Source of the DNA: an uncultured Planctomycetota bacterium
Lineage (GTDB): Bacteria; Planctomycetota; Planctomycetia; Isosphaerales; Isosphaeraceae
Direction of reading: 5' to 3'
Assembly: GCA_963823665.1 (NCBI GenBank)
Contig: CAWGMQ010000008.1
Location: 416,001 to 480,000, forward strand
Length of the DNA stretch: 64,000 nt
Positions 38,777-50,978 of the stretch are shown here, in pieces. The stretch's first letter is position 1. Each line of letters opens with the position of its first letter. The notes beneath the pieces were generated by a model. It worked only from the letters and a program-made list of their open reading frames with translations. It was not told where the DNA came from and ran no database searches. The position numbers and the translations under genes were made by a program.

Positions 38777-41563
38777 ATGAAACGAAGAATCTCTCGTCAA
38801 TTCCGGCCTACGATGACCCCGGGACACGATCAACTTGAAGCGCGCCAGCTCCTCGCCACGGGCTTCCAGCTTGTGACGAGCGTCTCCGGCTTGACCCCCG
38901 CTGCCGTCGCCGCGATCTCCCCCACCGACGTCGTGGCCGTCGGCTCCGGCACCCTCGCCAACGGCGACAAAGGCGCCCTGATCGAGACCTTCAACGGCAC
39001 GACCTGGTCTGCGGCCACCGTGCCCGCGGAAAGCACCGGCGTCCTCAACGGCGTCGCCGCCTCGTCCAGCAGCAACGTCTTCGCTGTGGGCGATACCACG
39101 AGCAACGGCGTCTCCACCCCCCTGGTTGAGTTCTTCAACGGCACGACCTGGAGCGTCCAGGCGACTCCGAAGCTGACGGACGGCGGCGGGTTCAATTCGG
39201 TGACCGTGATCTCGCCCACCGACGCCTGGGCCGTCGGCAGCAGCGACGGCAACCAGCTCATCGAGCACTTCAACGGCACGAGCTGGAGCGTCGTCGCGTC
39301 CCCGGACGCGGGCGATGATGGCAACCTGGTCAGCATCTCGGAGGCCAACGCCAACGACATCTTCGCCGTCGGCTCCGTCGGCGAGGGGGAGCACCCCAGC
39401 GCCGCGGCCCTGCAATTCAACGGCACGACGTGGAGCGCCGTCGCCAACGGCCCGACCGGCACCCACTCCGTCGACGCGATCTCCGCCACCGACGTCTGGG
39501 TGGTAGGCGGGGCTGGGGGGAGTACCGGGGCGGCGGTCTGGAACTTCAACGGCACGGCCTGGACTCAAGTCTTTACCTTCCCCGGCCAGGCGACGGCCGT
39601 CTCGGGCTCCTTGAGCAACGACGTCTATGTCGTCGGCGAGGGGGACCTGGTCGAGCAGTGGAACGGCACGAGCTTCAACGTCGTCTCGGCCACGGGCACG
39701 GCCGGGTTCACCGGGGTGGCGACGCTCAGCAACGGGACCGCCTTCGCCGTCGGCGGTAACGGCATCGAGCGAGCGACGACCAGCCTCGCGACCACCACGA
39801 TCCCCACGAGCACCGCCCTCACCTCCTCGGCGGGCTCGGCGCCCTTCGGCGGCTCGGTGACGCTCACGGCCACGATCACCCCGTCGAGCACCGGCTCGGC
39901 CGCGCCGACGGGTTCCGTCGCCTTCTTCGACGGCTCGACCCTGATCGGGGGCGGGGACGTGTCGGGCGACGTGGCCACGCTCGTCACCACCTCCTTGCCC
40001 GTCGGCACCAACTCGATCACCGCGACGTATGAAGGCGACAGCAACTACGCCGTCAGCACCTCGCAGGCCGTCTCGGTGACCACCACGCAGGCGGCGACGG
40101 CCACCTCGGTTTCCTTCTCACCGGCGTCGCCGGTCCTGGGCCAGGACACGACCCTGACGGCGGCCATCACGCCGGGGACCACCGGCCCGGTCGCGCCCAC
40201 TGGCACCGTCGAGTTTTTCGACGGCTCGACCCTGCTGGGCAGCGGGACCGTCTCGGGCGACGTGGCCACTCTTGTCACCACCGCGTTGCCCGTCGGCACC
40301 AGCACGCTCACCGCGACGTATGAGGGCGACGGCAACTATAGTGCCAGCACCGCGCCTGGCGTCTCGGTGACCGTGGTCTCGGCGGCCACGCCCGCCTCGC
40401 CGCCGTTCCAGCTCATGACGAGCGTCTCCGGCTTGACCCCCAACGCCGTCGCCGCGATCTCCCCCACCGACGTGGTGGCCGTCGGCTCCGGCACCGTGGC
40501 CAACGGCGACACCGGCGCCCTGATCGAGACCTTCAACGGCACGACCTGGTCCGCGGCCACCGTCCCCGCGGAAAGCGACGGCGTCCTCAATAGCGTCGCC
40601 GCCTCGTCCAGCAGCAACGTCTTCGCCGTGGGCGAGACCTTAAGCAACGGCGTCTTCACCCCCCTGGTCGAGTTCTTCAACGGCACGTCCTGGAGCATCC
40701 AGACAACGCCGGCACTCGCGTCGAACGGCAGTGGTGATGACACCGCGGGAGGAGGCGAGCTCTTTGGGGTGACCGCCATCTCGCCCACCGACGTCTGGGC
40801 CGTGGGCGGGCTGGGCAATGGCCGGGGCGGCCAGCTCATCGAGCACTTCAACGGTACGAGCTGGAGCGTGGTCGCATCCCCGGTCTCGGGTGATGGCACG
40901 CTGGAAAGCATCTCGGCGGCGAGCGCCAACGAGATCTTCGCCGTCGGCAACAGCGGCGAGGAGCACCCCGGCGCCTCGACCCTGCAATTCAACGGCACGA
41001 CGTGGAGCGCCGTCGCCAACGGCCCGACCGGTACCCACTCCGTCGACGCGATCTCCGCCACCGACGTCTGGACGGTGGGCGGGGCAGGCGGGACCGGGGC
41101 GGCGGTCTGGAACTTCAACGGCACGGCCTGGACCGAGGTCACCACCGTGCAAGGCCAGTTGACGGCCGTCTCGGGCTCCTCGCCTAACGACGTCTTCATC
41201 GTCGGCGAGGGGGATCTGGTCGAGCAGTGGAACGGCACGAGCTTCAACGTCGTCTCGGCCACGGGCACGGCCGGGTTCACCGGGGTGGCAACGCTCAGCA
41301 ACGGAACCGCCATCGCGGTCGGCGGCAACGGCATCGAGACGAACGCGACCACCGCGGCGCCTGCGGTGAGTGTTGCCACGCCGGCCGGCAGTGATTCGGC
41401 CACCGAGGCCACGACCACCGCGGCGACCAAGCCGGCCAGCAGTGATTCGGGCGTCGTTCCAAACGCCGTTGCCGTACCGCCCGCCGTGGCCACGACCGTC
41501 GGCGGCACCCTGGAAGACCCGAGCTCGACCCTCGGGACCAGGAAGCACGGGCTCACGAGTTGA
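38777..41563 (+). CDS. Extracellular protein: repeat/propeller domain, two Big_3-type Ig domains, duplicated propeller domain
   Basis: Leader 'HDQLEARQLLA'; many 'FNGTTWS' and 'ISPTDVWAVG' repeats; 'PTGSVAFFDGST...ATYEGD.NY'. Confidence 0.85.
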   Translation: MKRRISRQFRPTMTPGHDQLEARQLLATGFQLVTSVSGLTPAAVAAISPTDVVAVGSGTLANGDKGALIETFNGTTWSAATVPAESTGVLNGVAASSSSNVFAVGDTTSNGVSTPLVEFFNGTTWSVQATPKLTDGGGFNSVTVISPTDAWAVGSSDGNQLIEHFNGTSWSVVASPDAGDDGNLVSISEANANDIFAVGSVGEGEHPSAAALQFNGTTWSAVANGPTGTHSVDAISATDVWVVGGAGGSTGAAVWNFNGTAWTQVFTFPGQATAVSGSLSNDVYVVGEGDLVEQWNGTSFNVVSATGTAGFTGVATLSNGTAFAVGGNGIERATTSLATTTIPTSTALTSSAGSAPFGGSVTLTATITPSSTGSAAPTGSVAFFDGSTLIGGGDVSGDVATLVTTSLPVGTNSITATYEGDSNYAVSTSQAVSVTTTQAATATSVSFSPASPVLGQDTTLTAAITPGTTGPVAPTGTVEFFDGSTLLGSGTVSGDVATLVTTALPVGTSTLTATYEGDGNYSASTAPGVSVTVVSAATPASPPFQLMTSVSGLTPNAVAAISPTDVVAVGSGTVANGDTGALIETFNGTTWSAATVPAESDGVLNSVAASSSSNVFAVGETLSNGVFTPLVEFFNGTSWSIQTTPALASNGSGDDTAGGGELFGVTAISPTDVWAVGGLGNGRGGQLIEHFNGTSWSVVASPVSGDGTLESISAASANEIFAVGNSGEEHPGASTLQFNGTTWSAVANGPTGTHSVDAISATDVWTVGGAGGTGAAVWNFNGTAWTEVTTVQGQLTAVSGSSPNDVFIVGEGDLVEQWNGTSFNVVSATGTAGFTGVATLSNGTAIAVGGNGIETNATTAAPAVSVATPAGSDSATEATTTAATKPASSDSGVVPNAVAVPPAVATTVGGTLEDPSSTLGTRKHGLTS

Positions 41564-41784
41564 ATTGATCCCGCCAGTGTTAACGAGAGGCCGTGTTCGA
41601 TGATCGTCGGGCGGTCGCGCCGGAACGCAACCGCCCGACGCCGCGCGCTCCGCTTTCAGGGCCCGACTCTCTGCGTCGTGGCATGCCCTCCACGGCAACG
41701 TACGCGCCGACGGATGCCAATTTTCTATGCACACTCCGCCGTTGCTCACGCCCTGCTCGCTCGGGGTGAGTGGAACGGGACGAG

Positions 41785-42540
41785 CTAGCCCTGGATCAGG
41801 AGGACGAACTCTTGCAGCTCACCCTCGTTCAAGTCGGAGACGGCGCAGAAGGTCATCCCTGAACTCGTCCATTCTCGTATATGAAACCCTTGCCGTGTTG
41901 CCTTTTTGGGCGCGGTTGGATCGCCTGGTGACGACGGCCAGATGAAGAGATTGATGGTGTGCTTGCGTCGCTGGTAGACCAGGGCCGCCACGGCCCGGCC
42001 GCGGAGGTAGTCGAGTCTTCCGCCGATCAACGGGAATCCCTGGTCCACGAGATCCTTCACCGGTGGCGAGAAATCGAGCTTGCCCTCGAACCACGGTTTG
42101 ACCGTATGCGCGTCCGAGGATGCCACGTCGAACCGGTGGGAAGGCAACATTTGCGAGCGGACATGACTGGCAACCAGCTCCTGGGTCAAGAACACATCGC
42201 CGGAACGAGCGGACAGCATGCGTAAGAGCCCCCAACCCACGGCAGTGACCAACGCCAGCGAAGCCGCGATGGCGAGAAGACGCCGGGGACTCACACCCGG
42301 CGTGCGATGAGAACGGCTTGCCCCGCGCAGGGACGATTGAACGCGATTCGCCAGACCCGGCGGCGTTTCAAAATAGAGGGAGCTGTTCTGGACGGCGGCC
42401 CGTACCGCCTGGAGATCGGCGTGGACTGCTGCGCACGCCGGGCAGGCCTCGAGGTGCTGTTCAATCTCCAGGCACTTCGTCAGATCGAGCTCGCAGTCTG
42501 AGTAACCGTGGATGAGCGTTTGTGTCTCTGCGCAAGTCAA
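41785..42540 (-). CDS. Anti-sigma factor with N-terminal zinc finger (zf-HC2) and TM helix
   Basis: TTG start after CAGGAG; 'HLEACPAC'; 'HTVKPWFEGKLDFSPPV...GGRLD'. Confidence 0.88.
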   Translation of the reverse strand: MTCAETQTLIHGYSDCELDLTKCLEIEQHLEACPACAAVHADLQAVRAAVQNSSLYFETPPGLANRVQSSLRGASRSHRTPGVSPRRLLAIAASLALVTAVGWGLLRMLSARSGDVFLTQELVASHVRSQMLPSHRFDVASSDAHTVKPWFEGKLDFSPPVKDLVDQGFPLIGGRLDYLRGRAVAALVYQRRKHTINLFIWPSSPGDPTAPKKATRQGFHIREWTSSGMTFCAVSDLNEGELQEFVLLIQG

Positions 42541-42562
42541 GTGGCAAGCTCCTGTCCCGTCG

Positions 42563-43102
42563 CTATCCCAGCCGCTGCCGCAGCCGCTCACGGGCACGTG
42601 CCAGGCGGGACATGACCGTGCCCATGGGAATCGCGGCGATTGCAGATATCTCCTTGTAAGACAAGCCTTCGAGCTCGCGGAGGACCACAACCTCACGGAG
42701 CTCCACGGGCAATTCTTGCACAGCCCGTCGGACCGACTGCTGATCTTCCTCGCGTAGGACCGGGTTTCCGGGATCCACCGTGCTCGTTTCGGTGCTGTGA
42801 ATTTCCTCTTCAAAAGCCGTTTCGGTGCCGCGTGAGCGTTTCTGTTCGATCCATGTGTAGCAGGTATTGCGGACGATCGAGAGCAACCAGGCGCGGCTGT
42901 TTGCCCCGCGGAACCCACCAAAGAACTTGAGGGCGCGCAGGTAGGCCGATTGAACCAGATCCTCCGCGTCATGGTCGTCGCGGGTCAGCCAGCGCGCCAG
43001 GTTGTATGCGGCGTCCAGGTGAGGCAAGAGAGCTTGTTCAAATCGCTCGCGCTCGTCGTCTCCTCGCAAGGGCGTTTCTTCCTGCTTCGTTGACACCATC
43101 AC
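42563..43102 (-). CDS. ECF sigma-70 factor
   Basis: 'AYNLARWL...DAEDLVQ...RAWLLSIVRN...LSYKEIS...GTVMSRLARAR'. Confidence 0.94.
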   Translation of the reverse strand: MMVSTKQEETPLRGDDERERFEQALLPHLDAAYNLARWLTRDDHDAEDLVQSAYLRALKFFGGFRGANSRAWLLSIVRNTCYTWIEQKRSRGTETAFEEEIHSTETSTVDPGNPVLREEDQQSVRRAVQELPVELREVVVLRELEGLSYKEISAIAAIPMGTVMSRLARARERLRQRLG

Positions 43103-43109
43103 TAACCAA

Positions 43110-43134
43110 GACCGCGCACACCGCTACTTTATTC
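43110..43134 (-). promoter_or_regulatory. Candidate ECF autoregulatory promoter GAATAA-N14-CGGTC
   Basis: Same motif and spacing recur on the opposite strand at 43217-43241. Confidence 0.55.
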
Positions 43135-43216
43135 CCGGAATTTCTCCAGGAATAGTGCGCTCTTGTTCGACAGCCGCCTGTCTCGCGGCAAGATCACGAA
43201 TCTTCGATGTCCGCGA

Positions 43217-43241
43217 GAATAATCTCCGGGGCGGGCCGGTC
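43217..43241 (+). promoter_or_regulatory. Candidate ECF promoter for the doxX-like gene, GAATAA-N14-CGGTC
   Basis: GAATAA TCTCCGGGGCGGGC CGGTC. Confidence 0.55.
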
Positions 43242-43335
43242 GAGGTAGTTAGCGTCGGGGGATTGAACTCGACTCGTGTGGTGAAGTGAGAACCAATTGC
43301 ACCGATCGAGACTCTATTCTGAAAGGAACCAATCG

Positions 43336-43947
43336 ATGAGAAAGCAAGGTTTATCACGATGGCTCTTCCGCTCCGGCGGCGGGTCCGCGCCGCCGGCGAC
43401 GATTCTGGTCCGGCTGGCCGTCGGGGGGGTGTTCTTCGCCTCAGGCTTGATCAAATTCCTCTACGCCAACCAGGGTGCCGGTCGATTTGCCAAGCTCGGG
43501 ATCCCGGCGCCCGAGCTCACGGCGAGCTTTGTCGGCGTGGTGGAGATCGTCGCGGGGCTCCTCTTGATGGTGGGGCTTGCCACGCGGCTGGCGGCGATTC
43601 CGCTCTTCATCAATATGCTCGTGGCGATTGGCACGAGCAAACTGCCGATTCTTTTCGGCACTGGGCCCGAGCCAGTGGCGGCGGCCCCCAAGGCCGGGCT
43701 CTGGGCGTTCGTCTACCAGGCCCGGTTGGATTTCACCATGCTTCTGGGCTGCTTGTTCCTGTTCGCGGTAGGGGCGGGGGCCTGGTCGCTCGATGCCTGG
43801 CGGAGTGCGTCGGCGCGAAAATCTAGCCAGCGATACGACGATTCCGGCGACGGCGATTCGTTCGACTCGCTCCCCGCGACGGCACATGACTGGTCACACT
43901 CGACCCGGTCGCGCGGCCAAGATCAATCCGCGTCTCTATTCAAGTGA
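43336..43947 (+). CDS. DoxX family membrane protein
   Basis: 'LVRLAVGGVFFASGLIK...EIVAGLLLMVGLATRLAA...GAGAWSLD'. Confidence 0.88.
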   Translation: MRKQGLSRWLFRSGGGSAPPATILVRLAVGGVFFASGLIKFLYANQGAGRFAKLGIPAPELTASFVGVVEIVAGLLLMVGLATRLAAIPLFINMLVAIGTSKLPILFGTGPEPVAAAPKAGLWAFVYQARLDFTMLLGCLFLFAVGAGAWSLDAWRSASARKSSQRYDDSGDGDSFDSLPATAHDWSHSTRSRGQDQSASLFK

Positions 43948-44155
43948 TATCCGCAGGTCATGACGTGCGGATGAACGGAAACCCGAATGAAGAGAGCCGT
44001 CCGCATTCGGGTGGCAGGGCGACCGAGAGGAGGGCCGGGACATGCACAGACCAGCGCAGAACGGGTGCAAACGGCCGGGCTGGGACGACCATGCCCGGCA
44101 GACGACGACAGGCAAGCGCAAGGCGCTCTGCGGTGAGGGGGCCTGGGGGTCGGGG

Positions 44156-45652
44156 ATGAGTGAGGGTCTGCCCCGAGACGGCGGCTCCGGCGGGTTCGAA
44201 GCCGCGCCTCCGACCCGCAGGTTGGAACCGGCGCACGCGGCCCAGCCACGAGCCCTGGGACCGACCGGGCGGCCGGTCGTTCCCGGCTACGAGATCCTCG
44301 AGGAGCTGGGCCGGGGCGGCATGGGGGTTGTTTACAAGGCCCGCCAGATCAACTTGAATCGACTGGTCGCACTCAAGATGATCCTGGCGGGCGCCCACGC
44401 CGGCCCCGTCGCCCTGGCGCGGTTCCACAGGGAAGCTCAGGCTGTCGCCAGTCTCCAGCACTCCGACATCGTCCAGATCCACGACATCGGCCAGGCTGAT
44501 GGCCTTCCCTACTTCTCCCTCGAATTCATCGACGGTGGCAGCCTCGCCGCCCGGATCGGCGGACGGCCGCAGCACATCAGGCAAGCCGCGTCGACCATCA
44601 GCATCCTCGCCTGCGCCATCCACGCCGCCCATCGCGAGGGAATCGTGCACCGCGATCTGAAGCCGGCCAACATTCTCCTGACCGCCGACGGCCGTCCCAA
44701 GATCACCGACTTCGGCCTGGCCAAACGACTCGGGGACGACACGGACCGGACCCGTACCGGCAACATCGTCGGTACCCCCGACTACATGGCCCCCGAGCAG
44801 GTGCGCGGCGAGGCCGATCTTGCCGGCCCCAAGGTCGACCAGCACGCCCTCGGCTCGATCCTCTACGAGCTGCTCACGGGCCACCCGCCTTTCCTGGGAT
44901 CGACGCCGTCCGACACGATCGAGCAGGTTCGCACGCAGGAGCCGGTGCCGCCGTCGCGGCTCCGGCCCAACGTACCGCGAGACCTGGAGAATATCTGTCT
45001 GAAGTGCCTGCAGAAGGAACCTCACCGCCGCTATCCCGACGCCCTTGCGCTGGCGGAGGACCTCGACCGCTTCCTCGAGGGCCGCCCAGTCCTCGCCCGG
45101 CATATCTCCGCCGTCGAGCACCTCGGCCGCCGTTGCCGCCGTAACCCTCGCGTCGCCGGCCTCGTCGTCGCGGTCCTCGCGTTGTTCGTCACCGTGGTGA
45201 CCATTTCGACTGTCTTCGTAGCCCACCTCGCGCGGGCCCGCGCCGCCGCCATCGCGGCCTTCCGCCGCGAGTGCCAAGAGTCTTACGAACTCCTCAGCGA
45301 CAAGCAGCGCGCCGAGCTGGCTGTCGAGCAGGCGACCCGCGAGACTCGGCTCGCCCACGATCAGGCGACCCGTGCCCGAGACGCCCTGGCTGCCGTGGTT
45401 GTCCAGGTCCGGTCCCTGGAGGACTGCGCCGATCTCCGCGGTGCCCGGCGCGACCTCCTCCGGACTGCGACGTCCGCCCTCGACGCCCTTGCCACGAGGG
45501 CCGAACCCGCGACGGGTTTGCCGGCCGTGGCACTCATGACCCCCGCAGTTGCTTCACCACCGCCGCCCACGCGGCAGAATCACGAATCTCCCCAGCCCGC
45601 GGGAATAATCACCGGGTCGGGGCAGTCCAGGTCGTTAGCGAAGGGGGATTGA
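44156..45652 (+). CDS. Ser/Thr protein kinase with TM helix
   Basis: 'GRGGMGVVY', 'VALK', 'HRDLKPAN', 'DFGLAK', 'GTPDYMAPE'. Confidence 0.92.
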   Translation: MSEGLPRDGGSGGFEAAPPTRRLEPAHAAQPRALGPTGRPVVPGYEILEELGRGGMGVVYKARQINLNRLVALKMILAGAHAGPVALARFHREAQAVASLQHSDIVQIHDIGQADGLPYFSLEFIDGGSLAARIGGRPQHIRQAASTISILACAIHAAHREGIVHRDLKPANILLTADGRPKITDFGLAKRLGDDTDRTRTGNIVGTPDYMAPEQVRGEADLAGPKVDQHALGSILYELLTGHPPFLGSTPSDTIEQVRTQEPVPPSRLRPNVPRDLENICLKCLQKEPHRRYPDALALAEDLDRFLEGRPVLARHISAVEHLGRRCRRNPRVAGLVVAVLALFVTVVTISTVFVAHLARARAAAIAAFRRECQESYELLSDKQRAELAVEQATRETRLAHDQATRARDALAAVVVQVRSLEDCADLRGARRDLLRTATSALDALATRAEPATGLPAVALMTPAVASPPPPTRQNHESPQPAGIITGSGQSRSLAKGD

Positions 45653-45716
45653 ACCCGACTCGTGCGGGGCAAGAATGCGCCACTACGGTCCAACAAACCC
45701 ATCAGGAACATCAACC

Positions 45717-45959
45717 ATGAGCATTGATCGTCACTCGCAACGCTTCGATCCGCGCTGGCTGTCTCGGGGAATCGAAACGGACGGGGAGCAAGCGGCCGAG
45801 GCGCCGGATGTGTCTGGGTTTTACTCAAGCGAGAAGTTTACCAGCAACGTGACCGATCGGGAGCTCGATGAGGCACTCAGGCAGGTCGCGTTGGAAAGAT
45901 GCTGTGTGTGTCCTCTCTGCGGGGCGATCGTGGGCAGCGATGGATCGGTGTTGGGCTGA
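45717..45959 (+). CDS. Small hypothetical protein with C-terminal CxxC
   Basis: AGGA RBS; ends '...RCCVCPLCGA'. Confidence 0.4.
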   Translation: MSIDRHSQRFDPRWLSRGIETDGEQAAEAPDVSGFYSSEKFTSNVTDRELDEALRQVALERCCVCPLCGAIVGSDGSVLG

Positions 45960-46320
45960 CGCCGGATGACCGGGCTGCGCTCATCGCATCTGGACCGCTG
46001 CAACCGCCGCCAAACTTCGGGGCGAACTACGCGGCAAGCATGCGCGAGTGGACGCGTCAGACGAACGTTTGCTCCAGGCCGCAGCTTCCGTCGCCAGAAC
46101 CGAACAAAAACGGCTCGCCGTTCGTCAATATCACGAAGACCGTCCCACCATCGAGATCATGCCCCCCGATCCCGCCCAAATTCCGCTTCACTCAAGTAAT
46201 TGTCCAGCAAGGGCTTACATCGAGTGCGTCCAAAAACGAGACATTCTGAGAACAAGTGTAATGGAGCTGCGCCAGGCGCATGAACAGATGAACAAGGAGA
46301 GTCAATTGCTCGCTTCGCCG

Positions 46321-48292
<1,972 letters not shown>

Positions 48293-48421
48293 CCGCCACC
48301 ACCGGCGGTGGCGCTGCCTGCTCCCATCGTGTCGGGCGCGGGCCGCTCGCGCATCAATCGGGATGGTGCAAACCTTGTCTGGCCCGGCACATCGGCGAGA
48401 TCGCGATCGCGCGCGCTCGAT

Positions 48422-48437
48422 TGGCATGCAGCTCGCT
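48422..48437 (+). promoter_or_regulatory. Candidate sigma-54 promoter
   Basis: TGGCATG-CAGC-TCGCT (GG-N10-GC), about 35 bp before ATG 48472 and next to a sigma-54 activator gene. Confidence 0.55.
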
Positions 48438-48471
48438 TTAGGGCGTAGCACGGCCCTTGGAGAAGTGAACG

Positions 48472-48742
48472 ATGCTGCGGATCACGCGGATGGTTGGCGA
48501 TGACTCAGTCGAGAACCCTCAAGCTCGAAGGGAAGCTTCAGGGGCCATGGGTTCTTGAGGCTCAAGACGTCTACGCTCTCTCGGCGGCCGAGGTGTCCCG
48601 CACCTGCCTGGACCTCTCGGGGTTGACCTTCTCGGATGCGGAGGGGGCAGCCTTCCTTCGTGAACTGATACAAAGCGGCGTGCAGGTTGTGGGCTGTTCT
48701 TCGTACATCGCTGAGTTGCTCCAAATTTCAGCATGGAGTTGA
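48472..48742 (+). CDS. Small STAS-like protein; frameshift near 48515
   Basis: [14 protein letters not shown] / [13 protein letters not shown]...[16 protein letters not shown]. Confidence 0.7.
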
Positions 48743-48750
48743 CGAGTCCG

Positions 48751-49337
48751 ATGAAACCGATTCGATCTGATGAGCAATTGATTGATACGTTCCTGACCGG
48801 GGAGAAAGTAGACTCGGAGACCGCTTTCGAGGTGCTGGTCAAGCGGCACGGTCCGATGGTGCTCGCGGTCTGCCGGAATATCCTCCGTCGAGAGCAGGAC
48901 GCCGAAGACGCGTTTCAGGCAACATTCCTCGCGCTGCGCGCAGGGCCGGCACCATCCACAATCGCGAGATCCTGGGGTGCTGGCTACACGCGGTGGCTTG
49001 CCGAACCGCGATCCGAGCGCGGGAACGTCGCGCTCGATCAATGCCTCGGATGGAGATTCCGGAGGCGGAAGAGTCTCATCTGGGTCCCGAGCAAGCTGCG
49101 AGTCGCAACGAGCTCGGGCTGCTTCTCCGCGCGGAAGTCGATGGTTTGCCCGCGAAGTACCGCTTGCTGATGCTGCACAGCTACCTGGAAGGCAAGAGCA
49201 ACGAGCAGGTCGCCAGGCTGCTGCGGTGTCCGGTCGGCACCGTCAAGGGACGGCTGTCGCGGGCCCGCGATTTGCTGCGAGCGCGGCTGTACCGGCGTGG
49301 GTGGGACCAGGACGAGCTCCGATATCGATGGGGATGA
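48751..49337 (+). CDS. ECF sigma-70 factor; frameshift near 48940
   Basis: 'AFEVLVKRHGPMVLAVCR...DAEDAFQATFL' plus 'LPAKYR...PVGTVKGRLSRAR'. Confidence 0.87.
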
Positions 49338-49775
49338 CGCGCGGCAGGGCGACGGTGGTTGAAGCAGGGAGAGCCCATACATTCCCGATCGCTGCGGAGA
49401 TGATCGAGCCAGGTGATTTGATCGTAGCGCCAGGTGCCAAGGTTGTCGACAAACTAATCGCGTCCCTGTTTCGCTCCCCTGGACCACCGCCAATCGACCC
49501 AGCGGACAGGCACAGACCGGCATCGGCGATTCACCGTTTGTTTCCGACAAGACGTGCTCAAACGCTTAGCAATCCATTGGCTTCTCGAACAACTGCATGC
49601 GCACCAGGCCTCGATTCAAGACGTCGAGAAGCATGCCGCCTGGCGCGAGGCGTGCTCTTCTTGGCATCGACCCGAGTTGCCAACAGACCACCTATTCAGC
49701 CAATACCGGACCTGACCCCGTTTCTCCCGTCCCGGTTTCACTCCCTGAGTGACACCCTTTCGGTGGACGTAGTCT

Positions 49776-50066
49776 TCAGGCTTGGATCAACTGCCGCGGT
49801 GCTGAGTGCTTCAGGAATTTGCGGAACGAGCTCCTTCGTGCAACGCCTACTTGCCTGGCGAGAGTGGCAAGACTGACAGGTGCAAGAATCTCGATCCCGA
49901 TCAGCCGTCCTCTGCTGTCGTAATCAGCGATGAGTGTGTCTTCGACAAGTTCCCGCGTGCTCGCGACGTCGCCTTTTTGAAAACGGACGTATGCGGTCTC
50001 GAGCGTGCCGTCACTGCGGCCGCTGAGAGACAGTTCGAATCCGACAACCTTTCGTGCTGTTTGCAT
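49776..50066 (-). CDS. DUF2283-like antitoxin
   Basis: 'AYVRF...VASTREL...IADYDSRGRLIGIEIL'. Confidence 0.75.
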   Translation of the reverse strand: MQTARKVVGFELSLSGRSDGTLETAYVRFQKGDVASTRELVEDTLIADYDSRGRLIGIEILAPVSLATLARQVGVARRSSFRKFLKHSAPRQLIQA

Positions 50067-50090
50067 TGTCTTGTTCCGCGAAAACGCCGA

Positions 50091-50333
50091 TCACCAAGCA
50101 GAGATTACCGAGAATTCGGTTGGCGTCTCTTTCGCGATCACAACCAATCGCCTGCGCGCCGAGAGGGCCTTCTCGAATCGCTTGGCATTCTGGATTTACG
50201 CTGGCCTTTCCGCGTCTGGACTTCGCAAAGTTCGAGCCACTTGTTCGCGAGATATTCCGCGTTCGCGAATACGATCGAGAGCGTGATCGTGGTATCGGAT
50301 GCGCTTATCTTGCCTCTTAGACCTAGCTCCCAT
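50091..50333 (-). pseudogene. DUF4258-like toxin with an in-frame TAA at 50196-50198
   Basis: 'IRYHDHALDRIRERGISREQV...ERPA*IQNAKRFEK...LVVIAKE...VISAW'. Confidence 0.7.
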
Positions 50334-50623
50334 TTTGCCTTCAGATAGGTCAAGGCTTGCCGTTGGCGATGACCAAGTCAAAGCCTAGAACTTTTCTAGA
50401 AACGGACTAGACCGTTATTCTAGCCGAGTCCGCGCGACTGCAAAAGGGAAAGCGGGAGAATTCCCTTTTTCGCTGCGCAGCGGTCTGCTGATTGGTTCGG
50501 CCTTTGTTGGTGTTCGTGTTTTCGGTTCGCGCTACTTTTTCTGGTTCAAGTGCGAAGTGTGTCGATTTGATTTTGCCAACGGGATGAAAAACTAGCTGCG
50601 GCCCAGTTTCATTCCCCTCAGCG

Positions 50624-50956
50624 TTGGACGCACGTAAGGCGAAGCTCGATGTGGCCCGCCGCATTTGGCGGTCCCCCGAATACCAGGCCAAACTTGGTCA
50701 GGAAATCGAGGCGATCAAAGAGGAATTTCCACCGAAGGAGGCGCCCCCGGTCGTTGTGGAGTTTCTCGCAAAGATCAGGCGTGAGCGAGAGCGGCAAGGT
50801 CTGAGTCTGAGCGATCTGGAGCGGCGTACTGGGATCAAGGGTGCAAATCTGTCGAAGCTGGAGACGGGCAAGCATTTCAATCCGACCATCGCGACCATGG
50901 AAACCTTGGCGTCGGCACTGGGCATGCGGGTGGTGCTGGACCTTGAACCCGCGTGA
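50624..50956 (+). CDS. XRE-family HTH protein (start uncertain)
   Basis: 'RRERERQGLSLSDLERRTGIKGANLSKLETG..NPTIAT...ASALG'. Confidence 0.8.
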   Translation: MDARKAKLDVARRIWRSPEYQAKLGQEIEAIKEEFPPKEAPPVVVEFLAKIRRERERQGLSLSDLERRTGIKGANLSKLETGKHFNPTIATMETLASALGMRVVLDLEPA

Positions 50957-50978
50957 CTTGAATTCGCCGGGATTCGCA

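Noticed and set aside
49641..49656. Sigma-54-like TGGCGCG-AGGC-GTGC
   Set aside because: No credible gene downstream on that strand
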